A stretch of 64,000 nucleotides of DNA from assembly GCA_030059675.1 (NCBI GenBank), contig JANVYQ010000006.1, forward strand, positions 47,940 through 111,939. Reading direction: 5' to 3'. The notes beneath the pieces are model-generated. The model had not been told where the DNA came from. It saw nothing but the letters and a program-made list of their open reading frames with translations, and made no database searches. Shown piece after piece: positions 8,875 to 17,745 of this stretch (position 1 is the first letter of the stretch; the number at the start of each line of letters is the position of its first letter). A program made the translations under genes and the position numbers. This DNA comes from Candidatus Pelearchaeum maunauluense (lineage in GTDB: Archaea > Thermoproteota > Nitrososphaeria_A > Caldarchaeales > Caldarchaeaceae).

Positions 8875-10157
8875 TAACTGAGATAAGAAGAACATGTATT
8901 GATGGCGAGATAACCGTACCACCTAGCAAAAGCTATACCCACAGAGCAGTAGCTTTGGCGCTGCTGGCAGAAGGCGAATCCTATATAGAACGGCCACTAA
9001 TATCAACAGATACTGAAGCAACAATCCATGCAGCAAAACAGTTAGGAGCCAACATAAAGATGAAAGATAACTTACTCGTTACTACTGGGCGTAAACGCCT
9101 AAGATGCCCCGAAGACGTTATAAACGCAGAGAACTCTGGAACAACGCTACGTTTCTTCACCGCCATAGCTGCCTTGGCTGAAGCAGGTTATACTATCATA
9201 ACAGGCGACGAAAGCCTCAGACGACGGCCTATGGATGCTCTTTTGGGCGCTCTTACAAAGCTGGGAGTTAGCTGCTGGTCATCTAAGGGTGATGGAACTG
9301 CACCGATAATAGTTAGGGGAGGTGGTATAAGAGGTGGTGAGACCAGCATAATAGGCTGGCAGTCATCACAGTTCATCTCCGCAATACTCATAGCGGGACA
9401 GAGAGCAGATGGTATGATAACACTACGTGTGGGAGGTGAGCCAGTCTCCAAACCCTACATAGACGCAACAATCGCGATGATAGAGCGGTTTGAAGGATGT
9501 GTGGAGAGAAGCGGCTATACGCTCTACACTGTAGGGCATCAGAGAGAGCTTAAAGCAACTGAGTTTAGAGTCCCAGGAGACTTCAGCTCTGCTTCATTTC
9601 ACGTAGCCGCGGCATACCTGTCTGACGGTAGCGTTATGCTAAAGGGTCTGGATAAGAATCTACCCCAAGCTGACGCAGCTATTCTTGACATAGCGTCAAA
9701 GATGGGCGCTGATGTGAATTGGTTATCTGGTAAAGTAGTGGTTAAGGGAAGGGGTACTCGTAAGCCAATCGAGATAAAGCTACGCGACTCCCCTGACCTA
9801 TTGCCAGTGGTCGCTGTAATGGCTGCAGCCACACCTGGAACCAGCACCTTAAGAGACGTTGCACACGCACGCCTCAAGGAGAGCGACAGAATACAGATGA
9901 TAGCCAAAGAACTGACAAAGCTGGGCGTTAAAACTAAGATTCTCGAAGACGGCTTGGAAATAACTGGGCTGGAACAACCCGAAGGAGGTGTAACGATAGA
10001 CTCCCACAACGACCATAGGCTTTTCATGGCCTTTACCGTGCTTGGCCTAGCATGCAAGAGAGGACTACGAATAACTGGAGCAGAATCAGCTGGTGTCTCT
10101 TATCCAGGATTTATAAACGACCTAACTAAACTCGGCGCCGAAATCCGAACAATTTAG
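8871..10157 (+). CDS. aroA: EPSP synthase
   Basis: PPSKSYTHRA, ENSGTTLRF, SSQFIS, RLKESDRI, HNDHR. Confidence 0.96.
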   Translation: MITEIRRTCIDGEITVPPSKSYTHRAVALALLAEGESYIERPLISTDTEATIHAAKQLGANIKMKDNLLVTTGRKRLRCPEDVINAENSGTTLRFFTAIAALAEAGYTIITGDESLRRRPMDALLGALTKLGVSCWSSKGDGTAPIIVRGGGIRGGETSIIGWQSSQFISAILIAGQRADGMITLRVGGEPVSKPYIDATIAMIERFEGCVERSGYTLYTVGHQRELKATEFRVPGDFSSASFHVAAAYLSDGSVMLKGLDKNLPQADAAILDIASKMGADVNWLSGKVVVKGRGTRKPIEIKLRDSPDLLPVVAVMAAATPGTSTLRDVAHARLKESDRIQMIAKELTKLGVKTKILEDGLEITGLEQPEGGVTIDSHNDHRLFMAFTVLGLACKRGLRITGAESAGVSYPGFINDLTKLGAEIRTI

Positions 10158-10199
10158 GCTCAACTCTTATCCGTCCGCAAGCAACATGCTTAAAACAGC

Positions 10200-10448
10200 A
10201 TGGTGAAGCAGGCAGTAGTAGCAGATTATGACGATGCTGTAACAATAGCTAAACAATATGTTAAGGCAAGCTATAGGCGGGCATCAGATATACAGGTCAA
10301 ACGTGCGTGGATGGAGCCTCATTGGGAGGAGGGGCTGTGGATAGTTGAGCTCTCGTTCAAACATAGGCCTAAGCTGTTGTCAAGAGCTAAGCGCATTAAG
10401 CTGCGGCTGAGGATAGACCCTATATCAGGGGAGGTTAAGGGAGATTAA
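10200..10448 (+). CDS. Small basic hypothetical protein (PepSY-like ending IDP.SGEV)
   Basis: 82 aa ORF with ATG and TATA-like TCTTAT upstream. Confidence 0.6.
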   Translation: MVKQAVVADYDDAVTIAKQYVKASYRRASDIQVKRAWMEPHWEEGLWIVELSFKHRPKLLSRAKRIKLRLRIDPISGEVKGD

Positions 10449-10635
10449 GGATTTTAAAAGGAAGGTCGTAGGTTGCAAGTGGCTTATCTTGCTTCTTATC
10501 TTCTTATGTTAATTCCGCTAGGTTTGCGGGAGTTGCGGCTCCCTCTGCTTGCGGTTGGGCGCGCGGGTCTCCTATCTCCATAATTTGGATTTAAATACTC
10601 CCTGAAACATTCTGCCAGCGTTTGAGGTTGAAAGT

Positions 10636-10953
10636 GTGATGAGAGCGCGATACCTCCTCCCTCTTGGTCTGTTGATACTTGCGGCGTTTGCGCTTGTTCC
10701 AGCGAATGCGCAGGAGCAGCCTCAGCAGGCTGCCTTGACGGATTTCGGCTCTAAGGTTATGGCTGCTGCTATAGCCTTCTTCGGGGCAGCCATCGGAGCT
10801 GGCGTTGCTATAGGCCGCGCTGGTGCTGCCGCGATAGCAGCGGCTGTGGAGAGAGCGGAGGTCAGAACCTTTGCAATCGTCATAGTAGCTTTCGCAGAGG
10901 CTATCGCAATCTACGGCATAGTCATCGTGTTCTTCATACTGGGCGCTGGCTAG
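10636..10953 (+). CDS. atpK: A/V-type ATP synthase proteolipid subunit K (c) with N-terminal signal-like extension
   Basis: Gly/Ala-rich hairpin GAAIGAGVAIG, conserved Glu in EAIAIYG; TTTAAATA TATA at about 10590. Confidence 0.92.
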   Translation: MMRARYLLPLGLLILAAFALVPANAQEQPQQAALTDFGSKVMAAAIAFFGAAIGAGVAIGRAGAAAIAAAVERAEVRTFAIVIVAFAEAIAIYGIVIVFFILGAG

Positions 10954-10984
10954 CAAAATTCCAACAGATATTTTTCATAAATTA

Positions 10985-11863
10985 TTATCTTATGAAGTAG
11001 CTTGCACCATACGAGAGGTAAAAGAAAGAGAAGGCCGCGGCTAACGCGCTTTGCCATCTAAGTTTCTTAGCATAAGCTATGGCGGCGGTAAGCAGCAAGA
11101 CTGTAATAGTCTGGCTTATCACTAACAATACATCACGAATTATGAAGCTATACTCACCTGTCAATAAACCCAGCTTAAACACGCGGTCTAATATCGTAAC
11201 GCCTGGGAGTAGGCCCATGGGGAGGAACGCCGCCGTCATACATGCTAAGAAGCGGCCATGCTCGGCCAACACTGGGAGAATATTCTGAGATTTAAAATAT
11301 GTGCTTAGTTTTGAAGAATGAGCTTTCCCACCCAGAAGCCAGCTAACAAACGATAAATAAGCATGTGCAGCTATTAAGGTAAACAGGAGCTTCAAACCGA
11401 AGAGCTGGAGAGAAAAAATGTCAGGTCTTACTGCATGAAGTAAAACAAGGTCGTACCGCGCATTAACTAGAAGAAGTGTTATGAGAGCTATTGATGTTCC
11501 TCCCACTATGGCTGAAGCGCCTGTGTTCTCGTATATTGGTGAGAATAACCATACAGGGAAAAAGATGTTACTGAGGGTTGTGATTATCTTGTTTGGTGGC
11601 TTAATTGTAGCGGTATCGGGAGACTGTTGGGTAACTACCCTATAGATTCTCTCACCCTGTTCTGTCAGCATGTAGTTTCTTCTTTGGTCCTGTGTTATCA
11701 GCGGCGCGAGTTGGCGTAGGTTATAGTATAGAGAGCCCGTACTTATTCCCAGCTTCTCCTTGAGGGATGTGGCACTTATCCGTCCAGCCTCACCCACCGC
11801 GAGTAGTATGCGGCGTCTTACCTTATGTCTTACCAGCCAAAGTAGTTCTTCAGCGGACATCAA
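10985..11863 (-). CDS. ArsR-like winged-helix protein fused to a multi-TM C-terminal domain
   Basis: H.VRRRIL...ISTGSLYYNL...Y.LTE.G, then about 5 hydrophobic segments. Confidence 0.8.
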   Translation of the reverse strand: MMSAEELLWLVRHKVRRRILLAVGEAGRISATSLKEKLGISTGSLYYNLRQLAPLITQDQRRNYMLTEQGERIYRVVTQQSPDTATIKPPNKIITTLSNIFFPVWLFSPIYENTGASAIVGGTSIALITLLLVNARYDLVLLHAVRPDIFSLQLFGLKLLFTLIAAHAYLSFVSWLLGGKAHSSKLSTYFKSQNILPVLAEHGRFLACMTAAFLPMGLLPGVTILDRVFKLGLLTGEYSFIIRDVLLVISQTITVLLLTAAIAYAKKLRWQSALAAAFSFFYLSYGASYFIR

Positions 11864-12205
11864 GCAACACCCCTATCGTCTTGATAATAGGCATCCAACC
11901 TACGCGCATCCCCTCCACTCTGCGTGGGTGGTTGGCTGCCCTAGCCATGTCGCTCTCCTCTTATTATTAAATTCTCCCTCCGCTGCAAACCCGTATAGAG
12001 CTACGTAATATCCGCTAGAAATACATCCAGCTCAACCAACGCCGCGTAGTGTTTCAGAGGAAATAGAAAATCCACTTCCACTAGATTAGAGTCCCTTGCA
12101 TGTTTGTTCAACAAGTTAGAACGGCCAGTCCCATAATCCTGCTCTTGAGACGCTGGGGCGGGATGACCACTTATATACTGATGGCTGAATAAGGCATTTA
12201 GAGGC

Positions 12206-12781
12206 ATGGGGTTAGGGATGTTGTGGAGTGAGGATGCCGTAACATTTAGGGGCTTCATAAGGAAAAGCGGGAATAGCCTAGTCATAACTATACCCGCAGA
12301 GCTATCGCAGCGTTTTCTCCTAAGGGAGGGTCAGGAGTTTATAATCTTCGGCATGAGTAGGAGAAACCCAGACTTTGAAGGCGCACTCCAGATATACCTA
12401 GGATACTTCACGGTGTATGAGAAAGCGCCCACCGCGCTAATCAAGATACGCGACAAGCAGGTGGATTTAGATAGAGTAGAACAAGTGGCCAAACGCTATG
12501 GTGCAAGCAGAATATTGAGCGAAGGAGTAGAAGACGGTGAGACAAAACTAAAGATAGTTTTCGGAGGTATAGAGAATGGTGTTGTAAGGCGGCCAAAAAC
12601 TATGGACGAGGTTAATACGCTAATCCCCCGCATAATCCGTGCTTTAGAGGAAGATGGTTATCAAGCATCTTTGAAGGAGGTTAAAGAGGAGATATTCGAG
12701 TGGCATGAGATAGACCCTGCTACCATCTCAAAAGCTCCTACGCGGTTTGGTGAGAGTATTCGGTGGAAGTGGGAGACCTAA
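12206..12781 (+). CDS. AbrB/MazE/SpoVT-domain protein
   Basis: IRKSGNSLVITIPAEL...L.EGQ motif; start may be ATG 12218. Confidence 0.75.
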   Translation: MGLGMLWSEDAVTFRGFIRKSGNSLVITIPAELSQRFLLREGQEFIIFGMSRRNPDFEGALQIYLGYFTVYEKAPTALIKIRDKQVDLDRVEQVAKRYGASRILSEGVEDGETKLKIVFGGIENGVVRRPKTMDEVNTLIPRIIRALEEDGYQASLKEVKEEIFEWHEIDPATISKAPTRFGESIRWKWET

Positions 12782-13977
12782 ACTAGGTGGCGCGAGTTTT
12801 TCCTAATTTTCTCAATAGCCCTAGCTATGTCTTCCAGCTCCTCACGTTCAGCAAGTAGAACATTCTGGGGAATCCACACGGCCTCCTCGCGTGATGCCTG
12901 CTCCGTATTGGTTAGAATCAATTCTCTCGGAGTTTGCGCCGATTCTAAAATCTCATCCCATAGAAACCCGTAAGAGTATAGTGGCTTATAGCCAGCGCTG
13001 CATGGTATTCCCTCAGCCCTTAGAGCCTCGACAAAACGTTCCTTACCGACGCCGTTGAACTCCTCGCGCCTATACTTGAATATGAATAGATGATACGCGT
13101 GGGATGTTACGTAATTTGGTCTTCTTAGCGGCTCTACACCAGGTATGCTCTCAAGAAGATGTGTTAGATATTTAGCGTTCTCTTCGCGTTTTTTCATAAG
13201 TTTGGGCAGTCTTCTTAGTTGTGCGAGAAGTACCGCCGCTTGGAATTCAGTCATTCTGAAATTCCAGCCATATCTAACGTGTTCATACCAGCCTCTCCGC
13301 CTATCGCGGCCTACGTTATGATACGACCACGCCAGCTCTGCGATTTCTTCGTTATTTGTAGTTATGAATCCTCCCTCTCCTGCGGTCATGTTCTTGCTTT
13401 GATAGAAGCTAAACGCCCCCGCGTCGCCAATGCTCCCAACACGTCTAGAGAGCCACTCAGCACCGTGAGCCTGGGCAGCATCCTCAAGAACTCTAAGACC
13501 ATACTCGGCGGCAAGCTTCAGAATCTTAGACATATCTGCTGGACATCCTGCTAAATGAACGGGAATTATACAACGTGTCTTAGGAGTTATTCTATTCTCA
13601 GCATCCTCCGCTGATAGCGTGTAAGTCTCTGGCTCTATATCAGCAAATATGGGCACGGCTCCCGCGTCTATCACAGCGGTAGCAGTTGCTAGAAACGTAT
13701 ATGATGGTATTATTACGTGGTCGCCGCGCTTTACTCCTAATGCCTTTAGAGCTATGAGAAGAGCTGTAGAGCCGCTGGTGCACGCTAGGCCATATTTGGC
13801 ATGTTGGAAGGAAGCAAACTCGCGCTCAAACACTGCTAGCTTAGCCCCACCAACGCTCCAATAACCGCTTCTAAGCGCATCAAGTAGTTCCCGTTCTTCC
13901 TCAGCACCAAAAAGGGGCCATCGCGGGAAGGGCTTGATGCGCGTCGGCTCCCCACCAAGAAGTGCCAGCTCACTCAA
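12778..13977 (-). CDS. DegT/DnrJ/EryC1/StrS-family aminotransferase
   Basis: SGSTAL, PVHLAG, EDAAQAHGA, SFYQSKNMTAGEGG. Confidence 0.93.
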   Translation of the reverse strand: MSELALLGGEPTRIKPFPRWPLFGAEEERELLDALRSGYWSVGGAKLAVFEREFASFQHAKYGLACTSGSTALLIALKALGVKRGDHVIIPSYTFLATATAVIDAGAVPIFADIEPETYTLSAEDAENRITPKTRCIIPVHLAGCPADMSKILKLAAEYGLRVLEDAAQAHGAEWLSRRVGSIGDAGAFSFYQSKNMTAGEGGFITTNNEEIAELAWSYHNVGRDRRRGWYEHVRYGWNFRMTEFQAAVLLAQLRRLPKLMKKREENAKYLTHLLESIPGVEPLRRPNYVTSHAYHLFIFKYRREEFNGVGKERFVEALRAEGIPCSAGYKPLYSYGFLWDEILESAQTPRELILTNTEQASREEAVWIPQNVLLAEREELEDIARAIEKIRKNSRHLV

Positions 13978-13979
13978 AC

Positions 13980-16742
13980 CTACTCTATGACAATTATGTC
14001 ATTATAATAGTATTTCCTACGCCTCCTCCTAACAACAAATACTATAAGAGTTATCACCAATAGTAAAATTGAAACAACTAGTATCATGATGATAATCTGC
14101 CAACCTGAGAAGGGAACTCCGAACAGCTCTAGATAAACTGGCATAACAATATTTACAGAACCCGTTTCAGTCCATTCGGGTCCTATCTCATGATTCTCCA
14201 AAAGCCCCTTATATTCTACATTGATGGAGAGTTTCCGTGCTGGCACTTCTCCAATAGTTATTACACCGTCTTTGCCTGTTGTATCGGCAAACCTTGCTCC
14301 ATCAACCTTAACCTTAACAGTAGCGCCTGATAAGGGCTGACCTCTCTCACCCATAACATACACGGACAAGGGCGCCAGAGGGATATGCACAATAGCTACA
14401 ACAGGCTTATCCACCTCAAGCACATTACCCAGCCCTAGCTCAATGCCATAAACTTCCGCACTCTCAATAACCCAAGAACCAGCTTGAAGCCACTCCGAGT
14501 AAGGAGGCTGCAATTCAATACTTGCATCATCGCGTTTTAATGTTATTATTATGTTAAGCTTCTCTGGAAGCTCCTGGCCCCTGAGATCAACCAGCCTAAG
14601 TGAAGTCAAGTATTCTTCTATCCAATTTACGTGCGTTTCAATAGGGCTTGATATTGTTAGCGTTATGTTCTGCCCTTGCTCCACGTATCCTGTCCATCCA
14701 GCGAAGACGAGTCTATGCAGGGGTGATAGCTGAAGTATTGATGGAACAGATATCTCTAACTCCTCACCAGCATCCATCCATTTATCAATAGAGAATGCTG
14801 GCGTGGCGTTAACTATTACGCGATACTGCGTAACCCACCTAGCTTCTATGAGCTTAGGAGAATCTACCACTACCTCTATCTCCGTGCTAGTGGCGTTGAT
14901 ATCGCCGCTCCAGCCGCGGAAAACGAGCCTCTCACCAACTTCAACAGGTATAGTCTGCTCTGTTATAGTTATAGTGAGTCTAGTATTAGCATCGTACCAA
15001 CCACTCTTCACGCTCGCTAAAGGCTCGCGTATATCCACATAGTATTGCTTCTTCCAGAAAGCGGTAAGTGTGATGGGCTGGTTTATTGTAACCTCCAACA
15101 ACGGCTGGATAAAACTACTCTCCAGCCACCCACTAAAGACATATCTCGTGGCGTTCCCATAATCAGCAACAAGCATCGCCGGGTCTACGCCGATGACTAC
15201 ACTGGTCCCCTCATCATGCCAACCCGCGCCAACAGGCCTTCCAAATGGTGTATCTATTGTAACGCGGTACTGACGTTTAAAGAAAACCTCAACCAACATA
15301 TCATCAGCAACATTTATCATTATCTCGTTTGACTCCGTCCTCTCACCATTAACCACCCAGTATAGGAATACGTAGCGAGAGGAGTCGTTTTCTGGAATTA
15401 TGTCGGGTACACTTAGTATGTACTTTCCTTTTGGAAGGTTTATGTCAGCTATGCCGTCGGCGTTAACTGTGTATATTGTTCCGTTTATTCTTATGTTTAT
15501 TCCTGGAATGTTTGATACGAGCTTTAACTCATAGGTTATTACGCCATATTCTATGCTAACCGTAAATGTTGTTAAAGTTTTGGAGATTATCTTTATGGTT
15601 ATCTGACGTTGTTCATCCACATATTTCTCACCAACATCTAATGCTGCGTTATTGAGAGACTGGCCGCTCTTTCTGACTACCTTAACTATCCCGCCCCCGC
15701 TTGGTTTTGATTCATCCACAACTAATATCAGCACGCCAGCAGAGGGAAGATAACGGTCATATCCTATCTTCTTCCTCAGCTCAATCAAGTAATAGAAACT
15801 ACTTGTTATGGGGATTTTGATTGCAGCCATGCCGTCGCCTGTTTCCAGTGGTGATAGCGTAATTACGGCGGATTCGCCGCGGGTTACTGTTCTCACACGC
15901 TCATCCGCGAGCCAGCCCAGCTTAATCTTGCCCCAACTCGTTAAATGTGCGGGAGAGCTTCCACGGGCAGAAAGGGGGCCGTTCCAAGAGCCTGCCGCCA
16001 TTAAATCCCATGGGCCTACAAAGTTGTCTGGCTCATCCCGTTGTGCAGTGTTATAAAGGTCTGGAAGCCCTATAAGATGACCAACTTCATGAGCCCACGT
16101 CCCCATCGGGCTGTATATGCTAACTATCCCAACAGCATCTATGCTAGTCTCCTCACCCGACGGAAGTCTAAGACCACACGATAGACGAGGACTATAATAT
16201 GCGCTAGACCAAATATCATACTCATTACCAGTCATCGCTTGGTCATTTCTAGCATGTACGATGATGAAGTAATCATATGCTCTAAGATCAAATAATGGGT
16301 CAGCGAGTTGGAATGCTTCATTTATCAGCTGGCAGAGACGGGCATCTATAGACGAGCCTATGTCGTCTCCATAGTAGGTAGATGATTGGCTAACTGTTAT
16401 CCACGTATCAGGCCTAACTATATCTGTCGTGAATACGCCGTAAGAGACTTCCAGCCAATAGTCGGCCATTCTTTCGCCAGAGGAAACTGCTTCATTAAGC
16501 GAGGTTGGTGTGGGTATATCTGGGAAATCCACGGGTATCACCAATACTCTCCTAGTCCCGTACACTGCATTAAGCTGAATCCCAGCCTGTTCAGAACGTT
16601 CCACGTAATCTGGTTGATTTGGCTCCAAGTTCTGGATGGCGGCGGAAACGGAATAGACAGAAAAATATACAACAACAGTAAAAATAGTTAACGTGAGTAG
16701 TAAAAACCTGCTTAGCGGAATGCCGTTAGGGTGGTGAAGCAT
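13980..16742 (-). CDS. Membrane-anchored M6-family (immune inhibitor A-like) metalloprotease
   Basis: Signal helix, HEVGHLIGLPDLY, WDLMAAGSWN, beta-rich W..QY repeats, C-terminal TM + RRRRRK. Confidence 0.88.
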   Translation of the reverse strand: MLHHPNGIPLSRFLLLTLTIFTVVVYFSVYSVSAAIQNLEPNQPDYVERSEQAGIQLNAVYGTRRVLVIPVDFPDIPTPTSLNEAVSSGERMADYWLEVSYGVFTTDIVRPDTWITVSQSSTYYGDDIGSSIDARLCQLINEAFQLADPLFDLRAYDYFIIVHARNDQAMTGNEYDIWSSAYYSPRLSCGLRLPSGEETSIDAVGIVSIYSPMGTWAHEVGHLIGLPDLYNTAQRDEPDNFVGPWDLMAAGSWNGPLSARGSSPAHLTSWGKIKLGWLADERVRTVTRGESAVITLSPLETGDGMAAIKIPITSSFYYLIELRKKIGYDRYLPSAGVLILVVDESKPSGGGIVKVVRKSGQSLNNAALDVGEKYVDEQRQITIKIISKTLTTFTVSIEYGVITYELKLVSNIPGINIRINGTIYTVNADGIADINLPKGKYILSVPDIIPENDSSRYVFLYWVVNGERTESNEIMINVADDMLVEVFFKRQYRVTIDTPFGRPVGAGWHDEGTSVVIGVDPAMLVADYGNATRYVFSGWLESSFIQPLLEVTINQPITLTAFWKKQYYVDIREPLASVKSGWYDANTRLTITITEQTIPVEVGERLVFRGWSGDINATSTEIEVVVDSPKLIEARWVTQYRVIVNATPAFSIDKWMDAGEELEISVPSILQLSPLHRLVFAGWTGYVEQGQNITLTISSPIETHVNWIEEYLTSLRLVDLRGQELPEKLNIIITLKRDDASIELQPPYSEWLQAGSWVIESAEVYGIELGLGNVLEVDKPVVAIVHIPLAPLSVYVMGERGQPLSGATVKVKVDGARFADTTGKDGVITIGEVPARKLSINVEYKGLLENHEIGPEWTETGSVNIVMPVYLELFGVPFSGWQIIIMILVVSILLLVITLIVFVVRRRRRKYYYNDIIVIE

Positions 16743-16917
16743 TTAGCCAATCCCTCAACCAGTTCCAGTTCTTAACGTTTGTCAAGAATAAATAAAGATA
16801 AGACCTCCCCGCCCTCGCGCATTTTGTTATTTTCGCGTAGAGTGTTGAATTTTCTCGGAACTAAGCGAATAAATATTCTATGAGGACTTTTATCTTCCAC
16901 CCGCTTGGTGAGAAACT

Positions 16918-17234
16918 ATGGTTGACGAGATAATTCTGCTAGGTCTTACTCTTGCGGCTCTAATAGTTCAATTAATGGGTGGCCTCGTAGTTCTGTTATT
17001 TATAGAATAACTAAACGGCATAGACTAAAGCTGAAATATCTAACACCATTTATATTAGTCTCAGGCTGGTCTGAGATAAAGGGCAATATAACGTTCTTCC
17101 ATCTACTCATAACGGAAGGTATATTATTCACACTCCTCATAGTAATTAACGCGTTGGACTTGCTGATTTATACGGGCATATATAGCCGTCTCTTGGCCCT
17201 GGCGATAGCTATGACTATGTTTTATGCGCTCTAA
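16918..17234 (+). pseudogene. Frameshifted small membrane protein (about 105 aa if joined)
   Basis: MVDEIILLGLTLAALIVQLMGGLVVLLF continues as YRITKRHRLKLKYL...MTMFYAL* after one added T at TTT 16999-17001. Confidence 0.5.
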
Positions 17235-17348
17235 ATAGTTTATAGAGAGGTAAGCCGGCTCTCAAAGACCGCTAAGGTGGCTGTTGGCTTGTGAATGTGG
17301 CGAGAGATTTAAATTAAACACCAAAAGTGCTGTGGAGAGGGGAAGAAT

Positions 17349-17741
17349 ATGAGTAAGCCTGTTGACCTCGGCTCGCTTAAGGAGGGGCATAACATAGTGA
17401 TTGATGGCGAGCCATGTAGGATTGTGGAGTTGGAGAAGAGCAAGCCCGGGAAGCATGGCTCTGCTAAGATAAGGTTGGTGGCGATAGGGATATTTGACGA
17501 GGTGAAGAGGAGCTACGTAGGGCCTGCTGATAGCAAGGTAGAAGTTCCCATAGTAGAGAAGAAGAGTGGCCAGGTTGTATCCGTTTCAGACGATAGTGTA
17601 AGCGTTATGGATAACGAATCTCTCCAGATAGTTGAGATACCCATGCCCAAAGACGAGAATCTACGTGCCAAGGTAGAGCCAGGAGTAACCGTAGAATATT
17701 GGACAATAATGAATAGACATATGTTGGTCAACGTTAAGTAA
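17349..17741 (+). CDS. eif5a: Translation factor aIF5A
   Basis: Hypusine motif SKPGKHGSAK. Confidence 0.97.
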   Translation: MSKPVDLGSLKEGHNIVIDGEPCRIVELEKSKPGKHGSAKIRLVAIGIFDEVKRSYVGPADSKVEVPIVEKKSGQVVSVSDDSVSVMDNESLQIVEIPMPKDENLRAKVEPGVTVEYWTIMNRHMLVNVK

Positions 17742-17745
17742 GTAT

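Noticed and set aside
12001-12285. 94-aa minus-strand ORF
   Set aside because: Overlaps the promoter and start of the AbrB-domain gene; no motifs
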